A DNA stretch of 64,000 nucleotides from Pseudomonadota bacterium (GCA_037142195.1 JBAXBA010000005.1:18457-82456); one strand, 5' to 3'; shown: positions 12,201 to 21,345, numbered from the stretch's first letter. Numbers and translations are program-made. Notes: generated from the letters alone by a model not told the origin.

Positions 12201-12419
12201 AATTTAGGGTATGCGACTCAAGTTAGAATTGTACCTGCCATCTTGGGTGACGCCGATCCTCAAGACTGCAATGCTACCCAATACATCCTTTTGAATCCTG
12301 GAGTAAACACTTACCTTTACCAGGGACTCAACCCCTCGATGCGTTATGGTTTTAGAGTGTGCGCTAATAATGGAACGACCACACCGGGAAGCGTGATTTG
12401 GGAATCGACGACCCCTTAA
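6213..12419 (+). CDS. Giant adhesin-like lipoprotein (helical N-terminus, Ig-like and cadherin-like repeats, FG-GAP beta-propeller, C-terminal FN3-like domain)
   Basis: 2068 aa; lipobox TLSC; DxxGNxSxCS Ig-like repeats; VNDxPxI...EDxx cadherin-like repeats; repeated WxQEAYIKASN...FGxxxSLSGxTLAVGA blades; terminal TSTSITLAW...LNPSMRYGFRVCA. Confidence 0.9.
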   Translation: MLKFLGVLVFLIATLSCSKQALQLSTSKGDSIKDPTAGDASSEISYSGALMIDSIKSEMVAMRYSLDQITTVVNAAKTEVSLASNLSIESSRELSLDGEGKSLRMASIAVAKGSIRALKETSLPEDAGILFQLANSARPEQLSMATIIKGQTKGMGLVKSRGKIAGMSSVVLAQATSEMASTALSTGAKTGMITSDNAPQMISAIAKSLFGNLKSTSMELDAEKIIPSFSNSLSGLKQVNLLKEALILVTQSMISESISGIKANNLESMTAEILPNIISNTMVGTYSVAGSSENFASAAAEVGKSALSSVNQLGLIKSKDDGSTFATLVFSSSIKSMDKIPDWNVDQLTNIAVAMQQKAMESAKDLGFSGNDTADILVNATVSMVKSMGALDRIQDLVVANDTLTQSFNRVTEATTKDLSSSIEGVSKDYSAAMQTAVSTAATEGAATSPTVQPTQPAPVPGPTLAIPTLITRVAPTMNRSIGNVVAFTIGSAVPGQTIKFYSDSSCTTLLGQGVYTSSAVTLPITLAAPGAYFFYVKSFDASLNFSACANTGETYVLDNSASSPSATLVSPSAVVGNSNLVTLGLSMLEANATVEIYSDSLCASSLLGSAVVTNSSQNLTAVLPSTGMYNFYLKQTDDLGNASPCVNSGLSYLYDTTPPSNLSLSLVNPSTSPSNLNTITLRANGTEPNSTVFLYNSASCISTPLSSKPGISGSTDFPVNGLLEGSNLFYAKQVDAAGNASSCSPGLSYILDSTPPQLPVVTLEAGQAPFSSSSSVNLRINLAETGGTLKIYSNSTCTALQTTLTASSMSMPVVLSAQTEGPHTYYATHTDSLGNTSACSTSFASWTKDSVSPTPPQLNAATSPAGPSATTNITVSGTAEAFSTVQLYSDAACSTALTGQSQTSGSGSFSVPFNIPTPNSTYMFFAKAVDQAQNSSGCSTTSASYIHNSSIPSVINVSSSTSSNLTVGGTIDISVVFSESVYVSGSPRLELELGSSPKYAYYLSGSGTSVLLFRYTVVSGDNTNDLDYKTPSALSTNGGTVKNVSPVDAVLALPSPGTPNSLGFNQNIRVDTTSPMISTILSQSTLEDIPLSPISYTITDAGNILDCVSSVTVTTSNPSVLPLANIIKSGQAPNCLLTLVSELNSFGASTVTVTVNDGITAAASTSFLFSVTSVNDLPSISDVADQSMNEDGPAMNLSVVINDVDNNLNCNTSLSATSSNSTLISNSSIVFSGTAPNCYVSLTPSPNQNGTAIITLSVTDGSATAMDTFVLNVIPVNDPPTISSFPSQVMMNEDSTAIVNVLLNDIDNSLPCSALTITNSSNSALLPPTSPNIVMGGTAPNCTLTLNPALNQNGSSTISMNAFDGTTTSGTVNFNVNVTPVDDPPTIPAIPPQVAILGFAKTFTFPVNDVDSTVSCIFYAPTSSNTAVITSAHIALASGGTNFCSVTISAMGPSPGNSNITVTVKDDTSVATQTFNITITKQWYQEAYIKAPNSLSVSSLNFGRSVSLNDSTLAVGAEFEGNAQSNITPTITTNTNSMANAGAVYVFGRTGTNWSIQSYIKASNNRAGNYFGNEVSLSGDTLAVAAYQEGSQQTTITTGITNNTANGALTSGAAYIFKRTSGNWSQEAFIKPNNSESQDFFGQSISLSGNTLLVGATQEDSSESTITQTALTTNNSYAQSGAAYLFSRMGTIWTQDAYIKASNVGADDYFGEPVAISGDTIAIGAWNEASSQNTISNTTAPASPDNSATGSGAVYIYRKDAVNQWRQEAYIKASNAEQNDNFSSSLSLSGNMLAVGSPMESSNLTTISFGTAFTTNNSSPGSGAVYMFNRSGSVWSQQAYIKASNNRTNNRFGDQLSLSGSTLAVGVMLDDSNQTTITYGPPASTNLNMSESGATFLYKYISGSWYEKNYIKPANTHNADNFGFSISLSGDSLAVGAPQESSNQTTITNGSQPSPNISLPNSGATYIYRNMDIAADPDLRIIAKTSTSITLAWNPNLGYATQVRIVPAILGDADPQDCNATQYILLNPGVNTYLYQGLNPSMRYGFRVCANNGTTTPGSVIWESTTP

Positions 12420-13181
12420 TAGGACGAATGCATTTGAAATCTGGCTGTTCTTAAATGAGACATTTAGCTTGCACTTTCCATTTGCCCTGATCTTACCGTG
12501 ATAAAGGATTTGTACCAAAAAAGACCCTTGAGATCGCGAATTGTGTGAGTTGGCAAAGAAAAAGTCTTACAACAGAATTCCTAGATGGAAGTATTTGAGG
12601 GTGCAGCTCAGGAGAAGATTATTCGCAGCAAGTTCTTGAAATTTGAAAAATCTAGGACGTTTTAATTCCTATAAGCTCGTTTTTAATAAGCCAGGGAAAT
12701 TCTCATATAACACTTTCTATCCTTGAAAGATATTGGTGGAAACAGGTTGATATTTCCATCGCGGCTGGCTAGATTCGTTAGAAAATAGCCAAGCTTCTAA
12801 CTCTGAAAAATCTTATTGTAGGAAACCCCATGCGGTAGGCTTAACGTAACTCTAGTAGCCTACCAATTTTGCATTCCTCATTTTAAAAGGGTCGATGAAG
12901 TTCTAGGGAATTATGGTATTACGTTCTTTGTTTAAATCAGCTCCATAAATATATGTATGACAATATGATACCCGCCGATGTGTTTTAGCATACAGAAAAC
13001 CTTCTACGGAAGTAGCGTGAATTGCTTCTGGAACAGCACAGAACACACTGGAGTCTAGAGGTCCTTCTAAATGTTATGCCGCTAGAAAAACTTTTTTATA
13101 AATCTTTTGACTTTATGTTTGCTCCTAATGGCATTCGCTCTTAAACTCTAAACCAACACAAGTGATTTTTTATAAACTCCG

Positions 13182-14723
13182 ATGAGGTGTGCTATGAAAC
13201 CCTGTCTTCACGGTCTCTTTTTTACGTTATCCTGGATTGCTTGTTCCCAAGGATTTGCAAATCCTTCTGCTGTGGCATCACGCCCGAAACCTGCATCGAT
13301 CACCCAAGATGTGGGTTCTTCTATAGAAGATATTTTTGAATATGACAAAACTAGCGTTGCCTGCGGGAAGTACTGGGCATTTTTAGATGAGAGCGACCAA
13401 CCCAAAAGCGGTGTCCCAGAGACGGATTTGCGGCGCGAAGAAGTCCTCTGTGGTAAGTGGCTTTTTTTGTCATGGGAAACCACCGGAAAGCTTCCCCTTC
13501 CTGAGTTACTCTTCGACGCCATTCAAAGGTCATGGCCGGAAAGAGTCGGAACTCATTTTGAAAAGCTTGGCTTCCTCCCGAATCCTTTCGACAAGCGAGG
13601 CAGACCACTGGGAGTCACAAGATCAACAACAAAATATACAGGACTTCCAGCGGTCAATATTTCCTGCTCGGCCTGCCATGTGGGCCAACTTCCAGATGGC
13701 AGATTCGCAGTAGGCGCTCCCAACACCAAACTAGACATGAGTACCTTTAACCTTATGTCTTACTATCCGCTTTTTGCTACCATGTCGAACCAAGATCGCG
13801 CCCTTCTTCACCCCGAGGTACGCGCCTACTATCTCGAACTGGAAAAGACAGAAAAAAATCGTATAGGAAATGGCAAAGGGGGAATCGATTGGTCCAATGT
13901 CATTTTCAAGTACTCGAAACTTTTACGCTGGCTTCATATTGGCTCCAAAGGCTTGCCTGATGCTCAATATGTAGTGATGCCACCAGAAAGAGACCTCCTT
14001 TCCTGGATTCATGGCAAGCCAGGCGTCTTCAACCCCGGGGCACCTATGCTTACTCTCCAAGTAAAAGGAGTCCCTAATCTGGCTGTTCCTCAAATATGGG
14101 GCGTTTCTGGATATGAGCAAGATTTCGCAAATGGCGAGGTCGCACCCGTTGGCCAAACTACGAAATACTCATCCCTAGAAAAATTTGCAGCGGATGCTAT
14201 GATTTATGCCTATCAGGATCCGGCCTTAAATCGTTCGCGCAATATCCGGCCCCTAGTCGCTTACTTAAGACAAATAGAAACCCCAAAAACTCTCGAAACC
14301 CTAGATGCGATGTCTGTGACTTCGGGCCAAGCCATCTTCACTCGCTCTTGTAAATCCTGTCATGATGGAGCTTCAGGCGAATCCACGAAACTCTATGGAG
14401 CCCGTGAAGTAGAAAGCATACCAGCACTAGAAAATCCTAGGGCGGGCTATATAGCTACAACCCCTATCTCTAAACTCATCGCAGAACTTAGTGACGCCTT
14501 AGGGGCCCGCATCGAGCCACAACCCATCGGCATTAAAAGTAGACGATTGACGGGCCTTTGGGCGCGAAAAAACCTCATGACCCATGGATCTGTAAAAGAC
14601 ATAGATGACCTTCTCTGTTTGCAGGGCGCAAGATCTTCTGAAGGATTTACCCATAGAGATATTTGTAATGACCTGAACTTTTCGGAACGACAGAGTTTGC
14701 TGAGCTACCTCAAGACACTCTAA
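13182..14723 (+). CDS. Secreted di-heme c-type cytochrome, RoxA/CCP-MauG-like superfamily
   Basis: Signal peptide; CSACH and CKSCH; GAPN after heme 1; C-terminal IKSRRLTGLWA..HGSV..DLL and ERQSLLSYLKTL. Start may be 13194. Confidence 0.72.
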   Translation: MRCAMKPCLHGLFFTLSWIACSQGFANPSAVASRPKPASITQDVGSSIEDIFEYDKTSVACGKYWAFLDESDQPKSGVPETDLRREEVLCGKWLFLSWETTGKLPLPELLFDAIQRSWPERVGTHFEKLGFLPNPFDKRGRPLGVTRSTTKYTGLPAVNISCSACHVGQLPDGRFAVGAPNTKLDMSTFNLMSYYPLFATMSNQDRALLHPEVRAYYLELEKTEKNRIGNGKGGIDWSNVIFKYSKLLRWLHIGSKGLPDAQYVVMPPERDLLSWIHGKPGVFNPGAPMLTLQVKGVPNLAVPQIWGVSGYEQDFANGEVAPVGQTTKYSSLEKFAADAMIYAYQDPALNRSRNIRPLVAYLRQIETPKTLETLDAMSVTSGQAIFTRSCKSCHDGASGESTKLYGAREVESIPALENPRAGYIATTPISKLIAELSDALGARIEPQPIGIKSRRLTGLWARKNLMTHGSVKDIDDLLCLQGARSSEGFTHRDICNDLNFSERQSLLSYLKTL

Positions 14724-15229
14724 ATCCAGGCCACAAGAGACCTTTCTTTGCTTAGAAGCATGCCTCAAGCTCATAAGGCTTGTTGCATTGCAAAGGCACC
14801 CAAGTTTCCCAACTAGAGTTTTGATTCTAGGCTCTAGGCTCCTCAGTTTCTTGGACCAAGAGCCGCCCCTATGGGTAGTAAGCAAAGCCACCTGTGCCCA
14901 ATTTCTCGTTTTTAAAGGTTCTCTCGGGAATAGGATCTGAATGGTATCGACTTATCCCATCTGCTTGGGACCGGTTTTCAAGCGCCTAAAAAGTACCTTG
15001 GGAAATGGAAAATTGCTGTATGTATTTTCCAAAATTACCTGATACTCATTTGCTCCGACATAAAATTAATGTACTATCTGTACCCATGTCACAATGTCAG
15101 ATTTGCAAAGCAAGAGGACTTACTTTAGAGTTTGTCAAAGGGGAACCTCTTTCATTTAGAAACCTTGCGCTGTGAATGCGTTAAATATCATCTTCCGTGA
15201 GACATTTTTAGGAATAGGGGAGTATTGCT

Positions 15230-17317
15230 ATGAAGTCTAAACTTAGAAGTTTTACATTGTTTTTGCTGATGGGTTTAACTGTAGCAGGCTGCGAAGCACT
15301 TAGGGTACCTAACGATCGAGATGTTCCCTACAGCTCAAAAGCAGCTTCTACACCCTTTTCAGTAAACCCCCTTGACAAATCTTGTGGCGGCTTTCCGGCC
15401 CTTAGAATTGAAACTAAGACGGGTTACTGCGTTGGACTCATAAAGCAACTTAATGACCCTTTGTTTCAGCCCCGCGTTCTCCTAGAAATCCCTGGCAAGC
15501 CCGGTGAATTTTTGGTTTCAGACTTTGCGGGATGGAGTTCGACATCGGGAAAGATTTGGTATTTCAAATCTGGCAACGATTTTTCAAAGGTTCAGCTGGT
15601 TCCTATAATTACAAATTTATCTGTTGTGCATCAACTTATCGCCGGCCCAGAAGGACTTATCTATTTTAGTGAGGACTCTCGCATACGGGCATTTCCTGTC
15701 TCCGCTATTTCTGGCCCCAATCCCATCGCACCCGCAAACCTAAAAACCGTTTTAGACAACCTCCCCCCCATGAACCGTGGGGGCACAAAAAATTCCATGC
15801 ATCCGATTAAGAATTTTATTTTTACTCCCTCCAATGATTTGATCGTAAATATTGGTGCCTACACGGATCACTGTTCAGGGTTTCTAGGGAAAATTTGTGA
15901 TGAGGCCGATTTATCGTTTGGAAAGGGTTCTAGTGACCCGTTAAACCACGGTTCTGTACTTCGACTCTACCCGTTTAAAGGGTCTGTCGCCAAAGGTTGG
16001 GACCCTCAGTATAGGCTGGTCGCTCAAGGTCTAAGAAATTCCATGGGGCTTTTGTTTACCCCTGCAGGCGATCTCTTGCAGGTCGAAAACTCTAGAGACT
16101 TTAATGAATCCTTTAGGCCCACAGAAGAACTCAATCTCATTTCTCGTGATGTGATAGCTGGAAAGATTCCCGCCAAACACTACGGCTGGCCTTATTGTTA
16201 TGACTATAATAGCACAAGCGACGAATGGAAAAACGGCCCTTTTTCCTGTAATCCCGCTCAAAATCCCAACTATCAACCTCCTTTTATGATGCTTCCCCCC
16301 CACGGCGCGCCACTTGGGATTTTGCGTTACAAGGGCGGTTTGTTTCCTGAGCTGAAGGACAAGTTGCTGATTTCCCTTCATGGGTACCGCAGCCCTGGGC
16401 ATAGGCTTATCGCCATTTCAACAAATGCAGGAAATCCTATCCCACCTTCAGGCAAAGGAAGCTATCTCGATGACGATTTAGGTGGTGGAACGGAATCCAT
16501 ACAACGTTTTTTTCCTGACAGTCCTTCAACGGGTGCATTTGACTATATAATCCATGGTTGGTACGAAGCTCCTAAATTTCGACCCAAGGGCGCCCCAGTT
16601 GCTATTACGGAAGCCAGCGACGGAAGTATTTACTTGGCTGACGATAAATCCAATTCCATCTTGCGGATCGCGAAACCTGGCCCTAATTTTGTAAAGTTAC
16701 CTGCACCAGACATACCGAATCTCTCCAAAGCCTACAGTGATATCATTAAAGAATCACCCAGGTTGCAGAGTGCCTACCAGACTTTTGTGACAAAAGTTGT
16801 AAAATCTCCCCAATGTCAAGGCTGTCATGATTCCTATGTCAATTTAAATGACAAAGTAGACGACGAGTATAAACATTTGCGTTATGTCATGTCCCTTGGG
16901 ACTTGGGTCGTGCCAGGTGATTTAGAAAAAAGTACTCTCTTCACCAAGCTGTCTCCCCCATTAAAAAGTGCGATGCCTCCCATAGACCAGCCTTACAAGT
17001 CTCTTGAAGAAGCCACCTCTGCCCTTGAGACCGTCAAGAGTTTTGTGATGGCATTTCCCTCACAGGACCAAATCTGGAAAGTAAAATCTGAAGGCGCCCC
17101 CATCAAAGGGCTCAAGAAAGGAGCTGCAGGAAACGCACTTTGCGGAACAGCCCCAAAAGGCCACCACGTGTTTGCCATTTCCAACACTCCTTCCCAGCTA
17201 GGCGGTAAAAAAGTATTGGAAGTCCTTATAGGACGTCCCTCTGCTTTAGCGAATGCTAAAGAATGCGAGAGCTTTAATTCCTTCTTTATCAATTTAGAGG
17301 ATTTGCAAAAAATCTAA
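15230..17317 (+). CDS. PQQ-dependent sugar/sorbosone dehydrogenase-family lipoprotein fused to cytochrome c
   Basis: Lipobox VAGC; AQGLRNSMGL, EELNLI, HYGWPYC, PHGAPLG and PVAITEASDGSIYLADD motifs; C-terminal CQGCH, then VVPGD..S.L...MPP. Confidence 0.82.
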   Translation: MKSKLRSFTLFLLMGLTVAGCEALRVPNDRDVPYSSKAASTPFSVNPLDKSCGGFPALRIETKTGYCVGLIKQLNDPLFQPRVLLEIPGKPGEFLVSDFAGWSSTSGKIWYFKSGNDFSKVQLVPIITNLSVVHQLIAGPEGLIYFSEDSRIRAFPVSAISGPNPIAPANLKTVLDNLPPMNRGGTKNSMHPIKNFIFTPSNDLIVNIGAYTDHCSGFLGKICDEADLSFGKGSSDPLNHGSVLRLYPFKGSVAKGWDPQYRLVAQGLRNSMGLLFTPAGDLLQVENSRDFNESFRPTEELNLISRDVIAGKIPAKHYGWPYCYDYNSTSDEWKNGPFSCNPAQNPNYQPPFMMLPPHGAPLGILRYKGGLFPELKDKLLISLHGYRSPGHRLIAISTNAGNPIPPSGKGSYLDDDLGGGTESIQRFFPDSPSTGAFDYIIHGWYEAPKFRPKGAPVAITEASDGSIYLADDKSNSILRIAKPGPNFVKLPAPDIPNLSKAYSDIIKESPRLQSAYQTFVTKVVKSPQCQGCHDSYVNLNDKVDDEYKHLRYVMSLGTWVVPGDLEKSTLFTKLSPPLKSAMPPIDQPYKSLEEATSALETVKSFVMAFPSQDQIWKVKSEGAPIKGLKKGAAGNALCGTAPKGHHVFAISNTPSQLGGKKVLEVLIGRPSALANAKECESFNSFFINLEDLQKI

Positions 17318-17417
17318 CCACATTAATACGACGACACCTTTTCTAAAAAATTCTTTTTGGAAAAGCGAAAGACTAAGTAATAGCTCGCTAGAGCTTTCCT
17401 ATAAGAGGAGTGAAGAG

Positions 17418-18143
17418 ATGATAACTGCTAGACTTTCGCAAGACCGTGGAGCCGTTGATTTTGGTTGGCTTAAAAGTTGGCATAGCTTTTCTTTTGGGGA
17501 CTACTACGATCCGAAGTTTATGGGCTTTTCCACTCTTCGCGTCATAAACGACGATATTATTAAAAATGGCGCTGGCTTTCCGCCTCATTCCCATCGAGAT
17601 ATGGAAATTATCACGTTTGTCACCAAAGGCATCATTGCCCACGAAGACTCCACGGGCTCCAAAGGGGAAATCACCGCAGGTGAAATCCAAGTCATGACAG
17701 CTGGGCAAGGCATAACCCATAGTGAATATGCCAAAGGCGAAGTCCCCTGCGAACTTTTTCAAATCTGGATCACTCCCGAGAGAAAAGGACTGGCCCCCAA
17801 GTATCGTCAGTACTCATGGCTTAAGGAATTTCAAAACGGCTCTCTAAGTCCTAAAGGGGGATCCTTAGCTGGTGATTTAGAGGATTTTATTCTCCTAGCT
17901 TCTCAAGATGGCAAAAACCATTCCATTTCCATCAGTGCAGATGCCTCCATGTATTTTGCGGATATTAAGGCTCCTAAAAATATTACTATATCGACAACGC
18001 GCCGCTACTACCTGCAGGTAATTTCAGGCGCCCTTCAGGTATCCGATCAAAGCTTAAAGGATCGTGATGCGTTGATGATTTTTGGTGAGAAAGAATTGAG
18101 TTTAAAGGGAACCGGCAGCTTTCTGTTGTTTGACCTTCCCTAA
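17418..18143 (+). CDS. Pirin family protein (YhhW-like)
   Basis: GWLKSWHSFSFGDYYDP, GFPPHSHRDMEI and QVMTAGQGITHSE motifs. Confidence 0.93.
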   Translation: MITARLSQDRGAVDFGWLKSWHSFSFGDYYDPKFMGFSTLRVINDDIIKNGAGFPPHSHRDMEIITFVTKGIIAHEDSTGSKGEITAGEIQVMTAGQGITHSEYAKGEVPCELFQIWITPERKGLAPKYRQYSWLKEFQNGSLSPKGGSLAGDLEDFILLASQDGKNHSISISADASMYFADIKAPKNITISTTRRYYLQVISGALQVSDQSLKDRDALMIFGEKELSLKGTGSFLLFDLP

Positions 18144-18212
18144 ACGGCTGTTGCTTTCTGGGTGTGCCATCAGTTTCTCTCATTCCATTCTATTTTGGGA
18201 CTTGTAAATTAA

Positions 18213-19148
18213 ATGCCATCTTTTACTCAATTAGAATACGCCCTCGCCTTAGATCGAGAACGGCATTTTGGAAAAGCGGCGAAAGCTTGCCATGTATCTC
18301 AGCCAAGTCTTTCGACATTGATCCTCAAGCTTGAAGGCGAGTTAGGATTTAGCCTCTTTGATCGCAGTAAAAAGCCCATTTTGCCCACCGAGGAAGGCGA
18401 GGCCTTTCTTAGGGAGGCCCGCGAAATTATGAAACGAGTGGAGTCGCTGGGAAGCCTTAAAAGCGAAGAAGGCCCAAAAGGAACCTATCGCCTCGGAATT
18501 ATTCCTACCATGGCGCCTAGTCTGATTCCTAAAATTGTCTTATATGTTTCCAAACATCTCCCGCTGGTCCAATTTCAAATCTTAGAGATGAAAACCACAG
18601 ATATTGTGAGAGCTCTAGGTCGTGATGAAATCGATGGTGGTATCCTGGCGACCCCTTTAAAGGAACCTGGGATCTTTGAAAACCCGCTTTTTTACGAACC
18701 CTTTCTGCTATTTACCAGCGCCGACAGCCCTTTAAAGAATAAAACGTTTTTGAAAGAAGAAGACTTAAAGGGAAATCAAATCTGGCTGGTGGGAGAAGGT
18801 CATTGCTTTCGAGGGCAGGTTCTGCAAATTTGCAGCAACCAGGCGGATCACGTCTATTCCAACATTCAATTAGAGAGTAGCGGTATGGCGACCGTCCTTG
18901 AGCTGGTCAAAGCCACCAAAGGAGCCACTTTGATTCCCTATTTAAATACTCTCGGCATGCCGGAGGAGGGTTTAAGCACCTTTGCCAAACCTTGGCCGGC
19001 AAGAGAGGTTTCGCTGGTCATGTCCCGCCCCCGTTATAAATCAAGAATCCATGAAGCCATCATGGCAGCCGTCACGGAAAGCATTCCCAGCGCCATTCAG
19101 TCTCTCAAAGCGAAAGACGTGCACGTGATCGGCCTTTCCAGAGCTTAG
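18213..19148 (+). CDS. oxyR: LysR regulator of the OxyR type
   Basis: HFGKAAKACHVSQPSLS HTH; GIIPTMAP; redox pair GHCFRGQVLQIC (C-X8-C). Confidence 0.8.
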   Translation: MPSFTQLEYALALDRERHFGKAAKACHVSQPSLSTLILKLEGELGFSLFDRSKKPILPTEEGEAFLREAREIMKRVESLGSLKSEEGPKGTYRLGIIPTMAPSLIPKIVLYVSKHLPLVQFQILEMKTTDIVRALGRDEIDGGILATPLKEPGIFENPLFYEPFLLFTSADSPLKNKTFLKEEDLKGNQIWLVGEGHCFRGQVLQICSNQADHVYSNIQLESSGMATVLELVKATKGATLIPYLNTLGMPEEGLSTFAKPWPAREVSLVMSRPRYKSRIHEAIMAAVTESIPSAIQSLKAKDVHVIGLSRA

Positions 19149-19293
19149 ATAGACTTTGTGGGATGGCTCTTTTCTGTTGTACCTCTGCATACCTAGCTGA
19201 AATCATGGCCAAAGCCCATAGTGGCGCTGGTTTAGAGGTAGACGCCAACTCCATAAGGCGATACCATGCCCAACTGTTTTCAAGTGAGGGCTC

Positions 19294-21216
19294 ATGATTA
19301 AGCTTCAAGATCTATCGAAATCCTTTGGCACAAGAGTGCTATTTCAGCGACTCAACTATCATTTTCCTACTGGAAAGCGGATCTCTTTAGTCGGATCAAA
19401 CGGCGCTGGAAAGTCGACGTTACTAAGCCTTATGACTGGACAACTCGACTGCGATGAAGGACAGATCCTTTACCCTAAAACTGTAGAACTGGGCTTTCTT
19501 CCGCAAGAGCCCAACCCCAATCCAAAATCGACTGTGGTCGAAGAGTCTATGAATGGCAGCGGACGCATGCAGCGCCTAAAACAGGATTACGACCGTGCCT
19601 TATCCGCCCTAGAAAAGGAATGGACCCCTGAGCTTCAAAAAAGGTTCGATGCTGCCGAAACCCTTTGGATTCAAGCTGGGGGAGAGGGATTAGAGTCTAA
19701 GGCAAAGTCTGTTCTCATGGGATTAGGATTTAGCCACGAAACCCTTGAAAAAGATCCTAGAAGCCTTTCCGGCGGCTGGCGCATGCGCTTAGAACTCGCC
19801 AAAATATTTATCAATCAGCCTGATTTTTTAATCCTCGATGAACCGACCAACCACTTAGACTTACCGAGTTTAATTTGGGTGGAAAAATGGCTTTTAAGCT
19901 TTAAGGGAACTTTGCTTTTTGTCTCCCATGACCGGGAACTTTTGAACCGCCTTTCGGAGATCACTCTCCATCTCGCGAATAAAGCATTGACTCCTTATGC
20001 CGGAAACTTTGACTTCTTTTTAGAATCACGCGAGTTAAAACAAGAACAGGACGCCAAAGCTGCGGAAGGCCTTCGCAAGCGGCGCGCGTCCCTTGAAGAA
20101 TTTGTCACTAAGTTTGGGGCCAAAGCCTCGAAGGCAGCTCAGGCAAGATCCAAAGCCAAGCTGATTGGCCGCCTAAAATCCATGGAAGACGAGTTTAACC
20201 AAGACGATGACACCTCTTCAATTGGATTTTCCTTCCCCCCGCCTGCCGGATCTGGACGGGAGGTTTTGCGGGTCGAGTCTTTGGATATTGGTTATACCTT
20301 GCCCCTCTCTAAAAACGTTCATTTCAAATTGGAAAAAGGCCAAAAAATCGCCATTATCGGCGCCAACGGCATCGGAAAATCAACACTACTAAAGACCTTG
20401 TCAGGCCGCCTTTCACCACTGGCGGGAAAGTTTGAATTTGGTTTCAATGTAATGCCCACCTATTTTGCCCAAGATCAGCTTGAAATCTTTGATAGCGAAA
20501 GGTCGGTCTTTGAAAACATTATGGCATCTTCCGATGCTAACGTAGGTCAAAAGCAAATCATGGGGATTCTTGGTTCTTTTCTTTTTCGAGGCAGTGACGC
20601 CCAGAAGAAAGTAAAAGTTCTCTCTGGTGGTGAAAAATCTCGCTTAGGTTTGGCATGTCTTTTGACTCAAAAAAGCAACTTTCTCCTTTTAGATGAACCC
20701 ACAAACCATCTCGATATGTCTTCAGCATCCATGCTGAGCGCCGCCCTGGATGATTATGAAGGGAGCGCTCTTTTTGTCAGCCACGACCGAGACTTTATCA
20801 ATTCCGTAGCCACTCATGTTTTCGTTATGCTTGCGGATGGACGAAGCCGCATTTTTGAAGGCAATTTAGCTGACTATGAGAGACTTTCGGTACTTCAGGG
20901 ATTTCCCAATGTTTTGCAAACCGCTGAGGAGCCGGTAAAGGTTAAGGCTGAGTCCGTAAACACAAACGGAAAGGCCGAACATGAACAACGCCAAGCGGAA
21001 AAACGTGAGCGTCAAAAGAAGGAACGAGATCTAAAAAAGATCGAATCCGAAATGGAACAACTTCAAGTGACTCATAAAAAGCTAGAGTTGGCGATTTCTC
21101 ATGCTGAAGACTCCAGTCAAGGATTGGAACTCCAAAATCAACTCCTTCAAACTCTCCATAATTTGGCTGAACTCGAAGAGAGATGGCTGGAAGCTACGTC
21201 AAAAGAGGAAACCTGA
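19294..21216 (+). CDS. ABC-F family ATPase (YheS/Uup-like)
   Basis: Two ABC domains (GSNGAGKS, LSGGWRMR, DEPTNHLD; GANGIGKS, LSGGEK), no TM segments, C-terminal coiled coil. Confidence 0.93.
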   Translation: MIKLQDLSKSFGTRVLFQRLNYHFPTGKRISLVGSNGAGKSTLLSLMTGQLDCDEGQILYPKTVELGFLPQEPNPNPKSTVVEESMNGSGRMQRLKQDYDRALSALEKEWTPELQKRFDAAETLWIQAGGEGLESKAKSVLMGLGFSHETLEKDPRSLSGGWRMRLELAKIFINQPDFLILDEPTNHLDLPSLIWVEKWLLSFKGTLLFVSHDRELLNRLSEITLHLANKALTPYAGNFDFFLESRELKQEQDAKAAEGLRKRRASLEEFVTKFGAKASKAAQARSKAKLIGRLKSMEDEFNQDDDTSSIGFSFPPPAGSGREVLRVESLDIGYTLPLSKNVHFKLEKGQKIAIIGANGIGKSTLLKTLSGRLSPLAGKFEFGFNVMPTYFAQDQLEIFDSERSVFENIMASSDANVGQKQIMGILGSFLFRGSDAQKKVKVLSGGEKSRLGLACLLTQKSNFLLLDEPTNHLDMSSASMLSAALDDYEGSALFVSHDRDFINSVATHVFVMLADGRSRIFEGNLADYERLSVLQGFPNVLQTAEEPVKVKAESVNTNGKAEHEQRQAEKRERQKKERDLKKIESEMEQLQVTHKKLELAISHAEDSSQGLELQNQLLQTLHNLAELEERWLEATSKEET

Positions 21217-21345
21217 GGGAAGCTGGCCGGTTGATTTGAGATGCTCAATTTAATGAGTCCCTTAAAAAATGAAGATCGATAAACAGCAGGCGTTGCCAAA
21301 ATAAGAACTCACTTAGGAGTGAAATTTGTAACGAGTGTTTGGATT

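Noticed and set aside
12420..13000. Minus-strand pseudogene or stop-codon read-through
   Set aside because: Reads protein-like in places, but stop frequency is near random and no motif was recognised; real genes here use TAG, TAA and TGA as stops
17380..17402. OxyR site upstream of pirin (CTAG-N7-CTAT)
   Set aside because: Only one imperfect half of the four-tetramer motif
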